From Mobula hypostoma (taxonomy: Eukaryota), in contig NC_086097.1 in NCBI RefSeq assembly GCF_963921235.1, forward strand, positions 147,500,001 to 147,564,000: a stretch of DNA of 64,000 nt. Direction: 5' to 3'. Made by a program: the position numbers and the translations under genes. The notes beneath the pieces are model-generated. The model was given only the letters and a program-made list of their open reading frames with translations. It did not search any database and was not told the DNA's origin. This document shows positions 1-10,867 of this stretch, in pieces; positions within the stretch are counted from its first letter, which is position 1; every line of letters starts with the position of its first letter.

Positions 1-750
1 TGTTTGAGCCTCATCTGATAATTTCAATCTGAGTTAAATGACCTGGTCAGAGACTTGGGTTTGTCAAAGGCAAAAGCAGAATTATTGGGTTCAAGACTGC
101 AAGGCTAGAATCTGCTGGCACCAGAAAAACTGATGCCAAGATTAAGGAAGGCATTTTTGTTGGATCACAAATCAAACAGGTCATCAATGACAGGCGATTT
201 GCAGAACTTCTAGTGGGACCAAAGAAAATTGCATGGAAGGCATTCAAGGATGTTGTTGAAAACTTTCTTGGCAACTACAGAGCATCAAATTACACACAGC
301 TGGTTGACAACATGCTTCACACATACTATGAAGTGCAACATGTCACTAAAGATTCATTTTCTGCATTCCCATTTCGACTTCTTCCCTGCAAATCTTAGCA
401 CAGTCAGTGACAAACATGGTGAAAGGTTTCACCAAAACATTGCGGTCATAGAGAAATGGTATCAGGGTAACTGGAATCCTTCAATGCTGGCTGATTGTGT
501 TGGACACTTAAGTGAGAAGCCTCAGACACTGTGTACAAGGAAAATCATCAACAAAATATTTTTAGCTTAATTTAATTATTTCAAAGCATTAGCACTATTA
601 TGCAATTAAGCACATTGCATTCAATAAAAATCAGTTTCTTGTTTCTCCAAATTCCTATGTGATACAAGTAATCTGAAATTATATTTGTGTTCGGCTTCAA
701 GTGTCCTATCATAAATTTCTGAGGAAGCAACATTTTTGAAAAAAATTGTA
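1..750 (+). mobile_element. Chapaev3-like (CMC superfamily) DNA transposon relic, internally deleted transposase 3' part; begins before the window
   Basis: Frameshifted peptides QSELNDLVRDLGLSKAKAELLGSRL, AKIKEGIFVG, AWKAFKDVVENFLGN and MSLKIHFLHSHFDFFPANL..VSDKHGERFHQ..YQGNWNPSMLAD match motifs I recognise from Chapaev3 transposases. The 3' boundary is approximate. Confidence 0.7.
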
Positions 751-1199
751 ATTAATTCTTGATATTAAATGAAAAATTCTGCTTGTCTGCCACTGCTATG
801 CCACCAAAACAGCTCTACTTACAGCAACCAATGATATCCAATGTGAATGTAACAAATTAACTTTACACATCCTTATCCTTCGAGCTCTTCACTTTCTAAC
901 ACACACAGACTATGCCAACTTACTTTGAAGTTTCTTCGCCATCCCTCAGCACCAATTTAGCCCTGTGAGCTGGCTGGAAAGTGAGTTATTTAATTTACTT
1001 CATCTTCTCTTCTTTTGGTCTAAAGCCTTATGGGCTATGGTTTTACAAGTATCAAATCAGTAAGAGATTTTTCTGATAACGTACTTTCAGGCTGTGAATT
1101 CAAGGTTTTCACAAAAACAGTTATATTAATTAACAAGTATATGACATCTTGTTCACTGAGGCAATGAAACAATGAGTCTTATACTCAACATTCATAAAA

Positions 1200-1700
1200 G
1201 CAAAGATCCACCATCAACCTCGCTACTGTACACCATCACTATTCTACAATGAAGGCTCACAGCATGACTCCGATAAATGTGGACTACCCCTCAAATGTCA
1301 GGATCCTCTCATTACATCAGTTGGCCAAGTTGGGAAGGCCACATCACTTGCATGTCCTTCCGATCTCTGCAGTGGAAAGTCTATTCAAAGCTCTGTCATA
1401 GGTAGCAACTGCTAGGTTTGCAGAGGAAAAGATCCAGTGATGCTCTCAAAGCTTCCTTGAAAGACTGCAATATCCTCAAAGACTCTTGGGAACCCTTGGT
1501 CCATGACCAATCAAAGTGGAGAAACAGCCCATGCTTTTGAGCACAAAAGTCTGGAGGTAATGTTGGAAGTAGCACACCACCTCACAAGACAGCAAATTAC
1601 CCATCTTAAAACAGAAGAGCAGGTTCAAAGAAAAAGTTGGCCTACTTCTGCTCCTATTTTTTAAGTTCTTATATTTTTCTCTTTTTCTCAAAAAGAACAC
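1200..1700 (+). mobile_element. Old RTE-clade LINE 3' relic
   Basis: About 1420-1525 reads QRKRSSDALKASLKDCNILKDSWEPLVHDQSKWR, resembling the RTE C-terminus (compare KRFKDVLKVNMKKCNIDINNWETNAKDRKLWR in the RTE ORF 42582..43607). Boundaries are approximate. Confidence 0.6.
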
Positions 1701-1994
1701 TCTCAATCTCTGGCAACATTTCTTCCTGTTGCTGTAGCAACCAGATCTATACACACTATTCAAGCAGAGGCTTATCTAGTGCTTTATGTAACTCTAGCAA
1801 GACTTCTCTGCTCTTACACTGTATGTCATAGCTGAGAAGGACAGGATCTTCTATTAAAATGGAGAACGTAGGACGTAAAATGTAGGATATATTGTGGGGA
1901 TGGAATGAAACTGATTTCAGATCAATGACTGGCCAACCTGTCAGCAAAGGGCAGAGATTGGTTAAGCTGGAAGAGAAAGTGGAAATGAATTAAA

Positions 1995-4900
1995 CAATAA
2001 TTCCCAGTGCCAGGAAAAGGATGTCTCAGATCTGGTCCATAGCAGTCTTAAGAGGGTGGTGAGCATTCATAAGTTACGGTACACATTGACCAATGTACCA
2101 ATGGCGTAGGTAGGAAAAGAGATGAAATCAGATCTCTGAAGCAAAATGCCTATTCAAAGCTCTGTCATAGGTAGCAACTGCTAGGAACGCAGAGGAAAAG
2201 ATCCAGCGATGCTCTCAAAGCTTCCTTGAAAGACTGCAATAACCTCAAAGAATCCTGGGAATCCTTGGACCATGACCAATCAAAGTGGAGAAACTTGGCC
2301 GTGTGGAGGATCAGAGGGATCTTGGGGTCCGAGTCCATAGGACATTCAAAGTTGCTGTGCAGGTTGACTCTGTGGTTAAGAAGGCATATGGTGCATTGGC
2401 CTTCATCAATCATGGGATTGAGTTTAGGAGCCGAGAGGTAATGTTGCAGCTATATAGGAACCTGGTCAGACCTCACTTGGAGTACTGTGCTCAATTCGGG
2501 TCACCTCACCACAGGAAGGATGTGGAAACCATAGAAAGGGTGCAGAGGAGATTTACAAGGATGTTGCCTGGATTGGGGAGCATGCCTTATAAGAATAGGT
2601 TGAGTGAACTCGGCCCTTTCTCCTTGGAGCGACGGAGGATGAGAGGTGACCTGATAGAGTTGTACAAGATAATGAGAGGCATTGATCGTGTGGATAGTCA
2701 GAGGCTTTTTCCCAGGGCTGAAATGCTTGCACGAGAGGGCATAATTTTAAGGTGCTTAGAAGTAGGTACAGAGGAGATGTCAGTGGTAAGTTTTTTACAC
2801 AGGGAGTGGTGAATGCGTGGAATGGGCTGCCGGTGATGGTGGTGGAGGCAGGTACGATAGGGTCTTTTAAGAGACTCCTGGATAGGTACATGGAGCTTAG
2901 AAAAATGGAAGGCTATAGGTTACCCTAGGTAATTTCTAAGGTAAGGACATGTTTGGCACAGCTTTGTGGGCCTAAGGGCCTGTATTGTGCTGTAGGTTTT
3001 CTATGTTCTATGTTTCTATGTTCTAAATCCTGGAGAGAGAATATAGGCAGCCAGGTACAAAGCTGAAAAGCAGGACCTCATGGATACTAATCTCTGGACT
3101 GCTGCCTCTGCCATGTACCAGTGAGGGTAAGAATAGAATGCTATGGCAATTGAATGTGGGGTTGAAAAATTGGTGCAGATTTGTGGATCATTGCGATCTC
3201 TTCTGGAGAAGGTATAACCTGCACAAAGGGACAGGTTACACCTGAACTTGAAAGGAACCAATATCCTTGCGGGCTGTTGGGGAGAATTAAAAAGTTAAAA
3301 CCAGGTTGGCAGGAGGATGGGAAACACAACGATAGGTCCAAGAATGGAGCAGATGCAGGGTGTAGAGAATCTGTGAGAAAGTCTAGGCAGTTGACAGGGC
3401 AAAACTGCAGTTAGTGGGCTGCGTTGAAATGTATCGGCTCTAATGCGAGAGGTATCAGGAAAAGGAGAGTATGGATCAGCACATGGAACTGTTTTGTTGC
3501 TATTATAGAGAGATTACAGAAAGGGAGAATGTTGTGGGGAGATCATCTACTGAGTCTATGTAAATGCAAGTCTGAAACAGAAAAGGAGCAATCCCCCGCC
3601 CCAACAGCAGCAGAGACACTGAGTAGCAGATCAAGAGGCAAATTATGGAAAGGTGTAAAAATAACAGGGATATTGTCTTGGGTGACTTCAGCTTCCTTAA
3701 TATTGATTGCTACCTCCTTTAGTACAAAGTGCATAGATGGGGCAGAATTCGTTAAGTGTGTCTAGGAAGGATTCCTGACACAATATGTGGACAGGCTGAC
3801 TAAAGGAGAAACCATTCTGGATCTTATACTAGACAATGAACTTGGCAAGGTGACAGATCTCACAGTGAAGGAGCATGGAAGTTCTGTATAGGTTTGTCCC
3901 ATTGAGGCAAGGAAAGGATGGAACAGTGGAGGAACCATGGTAGACAAGAGAAATGGAACATTCAGTCAAGATGATGAAGGAAGCATACTTAGGTTTAGGA
4001 AGCAAGGATCAGAAGGGCTCTTGACAGTTATAAGGTAGCCGGGAAGGAGATTAAGAAGAGATTTAGAAGAGCTAAAAGGGGACATGAGAAGACCTTGGTG
4101 AGTAAGATTAAGGAAAACACTAAGGCATTCTACACATACATGAAGAACAGGATTAGAGTGAGGGTAGGACTGATCAGCGATGAAAGAGGAAACATGTTCC
4201 AAGAGCTGGAGGAGGTAGGGGAGCTCCTTAATGAATGTGTTTCTTCAGCATTGACCAGTGAGAGGGAACTTGACAAATGCAAAGACAGTGTAGAATAGGC
4301 TAGTATGCTGGAACATGTTGACATTAAGAAAGAGGAAGTGTTGGAATTTTCAAAAGACATTAGAATAATTAAGTCCCTGTGGCTGGACGGGATATACCCC
4401 AGGTTACTATAGGAAATGAGGGAAGCAATTGCTGCTTATAGGGCGATGGTATTTGTGTCCTCACTGGCCATAGGAGTAGTGTCAGAAAATGGAGCATGGA
4501 AAATGTGAGACGTTTGTTCAAGAAAGGTGATAGGGATAATGTGGTGTGTTATCAATCAGTGAGTCTTTCATCAGGCTGGGCAAAGTATTGGGACAGGATT
4601 TACCAGCTTTTGGAGAAGCATAGTCTGATTAGGGATAGTCAGCAAAGCTATGTGAACGGTAGGTTGTGCCTCACAAGTCTGATTGACATTTTTGAGGAAA
4701 TGACAAAAAACAAATTGATGAAGATAGAAGAATGGATGTGGTATAAATGGATTTTAGTAAAGTGTTCGACAAGGTTCCCCATGATAGGCTTATCCAGACA
4801 GTCAGCAGGCCTGTGATCCAGGGAATCTGCTACATGGACTCAGAATTAGCTTGCCCACAGAGGGCACATCAGTAGTAGATGGAGTATATTTTGCCAGGAG

Positions 4901-5790
4901 ATCAGTGAAAAGTGGATTCCACAGGGATCTGTTCTGGGATCCGTGCTCTTTGTGAGTTTTTGTAAATGACTTAGATGAAGAAGTGGAAGGGTGTGTAAAT
5001 TTGCAGAGGACATGAAGGTTGATGGTGTTGTGGATAGTGTACAATGTTGTCAAAAGGTTACAAACAGACATTGAGAAGATGCAATGCTGGGCTGAGAAGC
5101 AGCAGATGGAGCTCGATCTGGAAAAGTGTAAAGTGATGCTCTCTGAAAGGTCGAACTTGAAGGTAGAGTAAAGGTTAATGGAGGGTTTCTTAGGAATGGA
5201 TGGCTCTTGAGGCCCACATCCATATATCCCTCAGTGATGTCACACAACTTGATAGGGTGGTTAAGAAGGTGTATGGTGTGTTGGCCTTCATTAGTTAAGG
5301 GATTTAGTCACACTTGGACTAATATATTCCTTTCTTGTCACCTCATTATGGGAAGGATGAGGAAGCTTTCGAGAGGGTGCAGAGGAGTTTTACTAGAATA
5401 CTGAATGGATTAGAGAACATGTCTTATGAGGAAATGCTAAGCAAGCGACATCTTCTCTCTTTGGAGTGAAGGAGGATGAGAGGTCACTTGATAGAGATAT
5501 GTAAGATGATAAGAGACATTGTTAGAGTGGACATTCAGTGCGTTTTTCCAATATGAGTGGGCATAATTTTAAAGTAATTGGAAGAAACTATAGGGATGAT
5601 ACTAGAAGTAGTTTTTTTTACACGGAGAGTGGTAAATGCATGGAATGGGTGGTGTTAGAGACAGATACATCAAGGGTATTTAAGAGACTCTTAGAAAGGG
5701 ACATGGATGAAAGAAAAATGAAAGACTCTGTGGGAGGGAATCGTTAGATTGATCTTGGAGTAGGTCATTGTGGGTTGTATTGCTCTATGT
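1995..5790 (+). mobile_element. Old CR1-clade LINE (ORF1 esterase, ORF2 APE endonuclease and RT, all decayed), interrupted at 2130-3024
   Basis: ORF1 SGNH-like remnants at about 2000-2129 resume at 3025-3275 (decayed WDLFW..LHLN..GTNILAG). The EN start LKCIGSNARGIR is at 3424, FLTQYVDRLTKGETILDL at about 3770, and RT remnants run 4400-5700. A ctctatgttc tail lies near 5790. Confidence 0.8.
2130..3024 (+). mobile_element. Younger 5'-truncated CR1 LINE (2295-3024) with a 165-bp non-CR1 5' leader, inside a 5-bp TSD AAATC
   Basis: ORF 2285..2812 has RPHLEYCAQF and IERVQRRFTRMLPG. A (TTCTATG)n-type tail lies at about 2998-3024. AAATC occurs at 2125-2129 and 3025-3029. Confidence 0.9.
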
Positions 5791-6565
5791 TCGACAATCA
5801 AGAAACACAAAAGTGGCAATTTCTGTCTGAAAATACACAGAAGATCAGGTAGCTAATGTGATGACAGGAAGTTTTTTGACTCCATTCAACCAACATTACA
5901 CTGTATAATTCAGTCTGAAAGCTGGAGGCGCTGGCGGTTTTGAAGTATGTAAAGGTAGTTAAACTTCCAGGGCCCTACCAAACAATAACCAAGAAGATTG
6001 TGGGAAGACGTCAAACAGTTTTTTAAGCACAAGAGGTGGACCAGACGTTGGAAATTCAGAGCAATACAGACAAAATGCTGGAGGCAGCATCTATGGAAAG
6101 GAATAAACAGTCAATGTTTTGGATTGAGACTTTTCATCAGGGAATGAAGGGAAAAGAACCCGGACTAAAAAGTGAGGAGAGGGAAGGAGTGCAAGCTAGA
6201 AGATGATAGGTGAAGGCAGGTAGGTGGGGAAGCGGGATGAAGTAAAAAGCTGGGAGGTGATAGATGGAAAATGTAAAGGGCTGGGGAAGAAGGAATCTAA
6301 TAGAAAAGCAGACTATGGGAGAAAGGGAAGGAGGAGGAGCAAGGAAGGGGGGATGATAGGGAGGAGAGAAGATGAGAAGATCTAAGAGGGACCCCAGAAT
6401 GGGGGAGAAACGGGAAAGTATGAGGATGGAGGGAAAGCAGAGGGAAGCTGGAGAAATTGATGTTCATACCATAAGGTTGGAGGCTACTCAGACATAATAT
6501 GTGTTGTTCCTCCAACATGAGAGGGCCTCATCATGGCAGTACAGGAGGCCATGGACCGAGATATC

Positions 6566-7944
6566 TGCAAGTTTTGTGGCTAAATTTGCCGATGATATAA
6601 AGGTAGGTGGAGGGGCAAGTAGTGTAGAGGAAGCAGGGAGGTTGCAGTAGGACTTAGACAGATTAGGGGAATGGGCAAAGAAGTGGCAGATGGAATAAAG
6701 TGTAGGAAAGTGTACAGTCATACACTTTGGTAGAAGGAATGAAAAGCATAGACTATTTCCTAAATGGGGAGAAAATTTTAAATCCAAGGTACAAAAGGTG
6801 ATCTCATGCTGGATTCCCTAAAGTTTAACTTGCAGGCTGAGTCAGTGGTGAGGAAGGCAAATGCAATATTAGCATTCATTTCAAGAAGACTAGAATATAA
6901 AAACAAGGATGTAATGCTGAAGATTTATAAGGCATTGGTGAGGTCTCACTTGAAGCATTGTGAGCAGCCTTGGGCCCTTTATGTAAGAAAGGATGTGCTG
7001 ACATTGGAGAAGGTTCAGAGGAGGTTCACAAAAATTACTAAGGGAATGAAGGTTTATCATATGAGGAGTGTCTGATGGCTCTGTGTCTATAATCACTGGA
7101 ATTTAGAAGGATGAGCGGGGTCTTATTGAAACCTATTGAATTTTGAAAGGTCTAGATTGCATGGATGTGGAGAAAATGTTTCCTATGGTGTGTGAGTATA
7201 GGACCAGAGGGCCCAACCTCAGAATTGAGGAACATCCATTTAGAATGGAGATGAGGAGGAATGTCTTTAGCCAGACAGTGGTGGATCCATGGAGCTCAGC
7301 TCAATGGGTGTTTTTAAGGTGAGGTTGATAGATTCTTGATCATGAACACAGCGCAACACATCACAGAAACCAATCTTCCGTCCGTGGACTCACTTTACAC
7401 CGCACGCTGTCGGAGAAGTGTTGCCAGGATAATTAAGGACACGACCCACCCAGCCAACAGACTTTTTGTCCCTCTTCCCTCCAGGAGAAGGTTCAGGAGC
7501 TTGAAGACTCGTACGGCCAGATTTGGGAACAGCTTCTTTCCAACTGTGATAAGACTGCTGAACGGATCCTGACCCGGATCTGGGCCGTACCCTCCAAATA
7601 TCTGGACCTGCCTCTCGGTTTTTTTTGTACTACCTTACTTCCCATTTTTCTATTTTCTATTTATGATTTATAATTTAAACTTTTAATATTTACTAATTTT
7701 AACTATTTTTAATATTTTTAATATTTAATATTTGTAATCCAGGGAGTGTGAAGCGCAGATTCAAATATCGCTGTGATGATTGTACGTTCTAGTACTAATT
7801 GTTTGGCGACAATAAAGTATAAAGTCAGGGTGTGAAAGGTTATGGAGAGAAGGCAGGAGAATGGGGTTGAGAGAGGAATGGCTCAGCCTTGATCAAATAG
7901 CAGAGAAGGCTTGATGGGCCTAATGGTCTAATTCTAATGGTCTT
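6566..7944 (+). mobile_element. CR1 LINE RT/3' fragment (TCTTATGG-tail subfamily), split by Rex1 at 7341-7824
   Basis: Reads VAKFADDIKVGG at about 6577, and ORF 6806..7075 has LEKVQRRFTK. The 3' UTR resumes at 7823. Confidence 0.9.
7341..7824 (+). mobile_element. Rex1/Babar LINE 3' fragment
   Basis: ORF 7336..7572 (IIKDTTHPANRLFVPLPSRRRFRSLKTRTARFGNSFFPTVIRLLN) is the Rex1 C-terminus. It is followed by an AT-rich 3' UTR and an aataaagtataaag tail. Confidence 0.85.
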
Positions 7945-9249
7945 ATATCAAAATAGGAATGGGGATCGATATTAAAATGGTTGGCTCCTGGAATATCACG
8001 TTATTGCAGATGAAACAAAGGTGCTTGACAATTTTGCAAAAAATTTGGTATCCTCATCCACCCTTGGTGGGGTAATAGAGAAAAGCATTTATTTAATAAG
8101 GTCTTTATTTGAAAAGGTCTGTCAGAACATGCCAGAAAACTACAACTGGTCAGCCTAACATCCATAATGGAAAAGTCACTGGAGTGGATTCAACGAGTCA
8201 GAATCCATCTGCATACAGAAATGCAAGTATTGATGAGGGAGAGTTAGTACAGCTTTGTGAATGGGAAATGTATTCCATGTACTTGATTGAGTTGATTGAA
8301 TTGGTGGCAAGAGGATTGATGATGGCAGAGCGACAGTCAAGATAATTCTACAATACTATCCCAAGACTCTGTACTGTGATTCAACACCATTATGATGCCT
8401 ACCTTGATTATCAAAGTTATCCTGCCTCCTTTCCCTTTTGATCTGTTCTTAGGGAATATCTTATAACCTGGAATACTGAGTAACCAGTCCATACAACTCT
8501 ATAACTATGTCTTCATAATAGCTGTTCGATCATACTCATACGTTTCTCTCTGTGGTGTCAGTTTCATCTACCTTATGCAAGTTTCATGTGTATTGGAAGA
8601 CTTAGGCTTTTATTTACAGCATTTTCTACTTCTGGATATGCTCTGTGCTGCATACTTTTTTTTTTACATTTTCTACCCCATGCTTTGGGCCACTGTTCTC
8701 ATTTTTTCTTGAATTATTTAACATTGAATGCTTAGAGCCCTCCCCCCCTCCCTCCACCACCATTTAAATTAAGGCCTAGTCCACAACAACATTCACCATG
8801 ACAACTCTATTTTTCCCAAGAACTGTACAGTGTCTCATAAATCAGAACCTATTACTACCAAACCACTCTCTGACAATGCACTTATCTCTCTAATCCTACT
8901 GACCTTTTGTTAATTTGCAGACGGTGTAAGTAATAATCAGGAGATTTTCACCTTCTTCTGTTTAATTAACTGAATTAATTTACCTTTCATAGTGGGTTTA
9001 AATTGTATTTCTGGATTGTTAGTCCATGTTTCTGGAACATTAACCAATAACATAATTTATTTTGAACCTGAAATAAAAAATAGAGTGGAATCAGATAACA
9101 AGCCAGAAAGATTTTCTGGAGACAATTCTTTATGGATTCAGATTTGACAATTTAATATGAAAGATTAAGCTTGTTCATCAGTGTTTTAAAATAGAAAAAA
9201 ACAACAGTGAAACTTAAACTATATTAAAAAGGATTAAAGCATCAAAAAG

Positions 9250-10400
9250 GAAATGCTACAGGTGCTGTAAACTCTCAACATTTCAAGAAGCAGCAACACT
9301 ATTTCACCATTTCAATATTGCATGGAAAGTGCGTCACCATGTGTTTTTTGTGTCCAGAAGGCAGCAAAATATGCAGTGGAAGATGAGGTACTGCTCTTGA
9401 AGCTTCCATCGGGCTTTGTAACAGTGGAGAAAGCCACAGACAGATAGACATGGGCATGGAGGATAGATAACTAAAGTGGCAAGTAGCAGAAAGCCCAGAG
9501 TCACTCCTGCAAACAAACTTTGGAAAGTCTTATTATTAGAGCAAAATTAACAGGAATAGAGGATTTAGAAGAATGTTAAGGAGGTCATGTGGGTCAAAGA
9601 TTAATTAGGATAGCTGTAGCAGTCTGTAGGCTTATGATGTATTTTTGCCACTAAGATAAATAGAGTTAGATACAGGGAGATCCCGAAATGGAAGAATCAG
9701 AAACCATGTGAAGGTGAGAGAAGGGAAGAAACCGACAACAAATTTCTGAGTTCTGTAATAAATAGTAGTCATTAATATAAAAGAAAAATATTTGAGGGAA
9801 GAAGTCTGAAATAGAGTGCAAAGATTCTTCCATGTTTCCTACAGAAAGACATAATTTGGGCCATGCAAATTCCTAAGCCTACACTAATGATGTAGTGAAT
9901 GTCATAGAACTGAAATGTTGCCTTTTTCCACTTTCTGGTTGAGTTTTAATGGTATTTTCTATTTTTGTTTGATTTGAAGAAATTGTTTAGCCATGTGGAT
10001 AAGCGTGTTGGTGGAGGAATCTCAATGGTCTTCATTTCGGGAAGAAGTGGATGGCACCCAGGCCGAACCAGTGTGGCTTGGACATGCAAAGGGTTTATAC
10101 ATTCACAGCAATGATTGGCAAGTTGGGTCCAGGGAACTGGAAATAGTTATAATGAGGACACAAGAAACTACAAAAGCTGGAATTTGGAGCAACAAACAAA
10201 AGACTGGAGGAACTCAACAGGTCAGATAACATCTATGGAGGAAAACAGTTGACATTTTGAGTCAAAATCCTTCACCTGGACAGTTATAGTGAGGCCTCAT
10301 GTAATGTGTCGGGTCAGCATCTCATTTGCCATCTGGCATATTGCAGTTTCCTGCCATTAATATTGAACTCTACAACTTCAGATAATTCCCGTTCCCTCTG
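9250..10400. mobile_element. Cluster of highly decayed Penelope fragments in both orientations
   Basis: 9370-9520 and 10155-10282 resemble minus-strand parts of the 10435-13722 element. 10290-10385 on the plus strand encodes a decayed QHLI..L..LQ..INIELYNFR*. Confidence 0.55.
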
Positions 10401-10536
10401 ACTGAACGAGCCAGAACATCCATCTGTGATATTAAACGCAAACAACAGGAATTCTGCAGATGCTGGAATTTCAAGCAACATACATCAAAGTTGCTGGTGA
10501 ACGCAGCAGGCCAAGCAGCATCTATAGGAAGAGGCG

Positions 10537-10574
10537 CAGTCAACGTTTCAGGCCGAGACCCTTCGTCAGGACTA
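10537..10574 (-). ncRNA. Minimal type I hammerhead ribozyme motif in the Penelope 3' end
   Basis: The minus strand reads UAGUC-CUGACGA-AGG(GUCUCGG)CCU-GAAA-CG-UU-GACUG. This gives a CUGANGA/GAAA core, stem I UAGUC:GACUG, stem II AGG:CCU, a palindromic ACGU in place of stem III, and a UH cleavage site. Confidence 0.85.
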
Positions 10575-10867
10575 ACTGAAGGAAGAGTGAGTAAGGGATT
10601 TGAAAGCTGGAGGGGGAGGGGGAGATGCAAAATGATAGGAGAAGACAGGAGGGGGAGGGATAGAGCCGAGAGCTGGACAGGTGATAGGCAAAAGGGGATA
10701 CGAGAGGATCATGGGACAGGAGGTCCGGGAAGAAAGACAAGGGGGGGGGTGACCCAGAGGATGGGCAAGAGGTATATTCAGAGGGACAGAGGGAGAAAAA
10801 GGAGAGTGAGAGAAAGAATGTGTGAATAAAAATGAGTAACAGATGGGGTACGAGGGGGAGGTGGGGC

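Larger units (their letters stand above)
6040..8035 (-). mobile_element. Old Penelope-like element 3' fragment, split by the CR1 at 6566-7944
   Basis: 6297..6518 reads LEEQHILCLSSLQPYGMNINFSSF, homologous to the GIY-YIG C-terminus in ORF 10868..11257. Homology to about 10990-11085 resumes at 7945-8030. ATATC is duplicated at 6561-6565 and 7945-7949. Confidence 0.8.
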
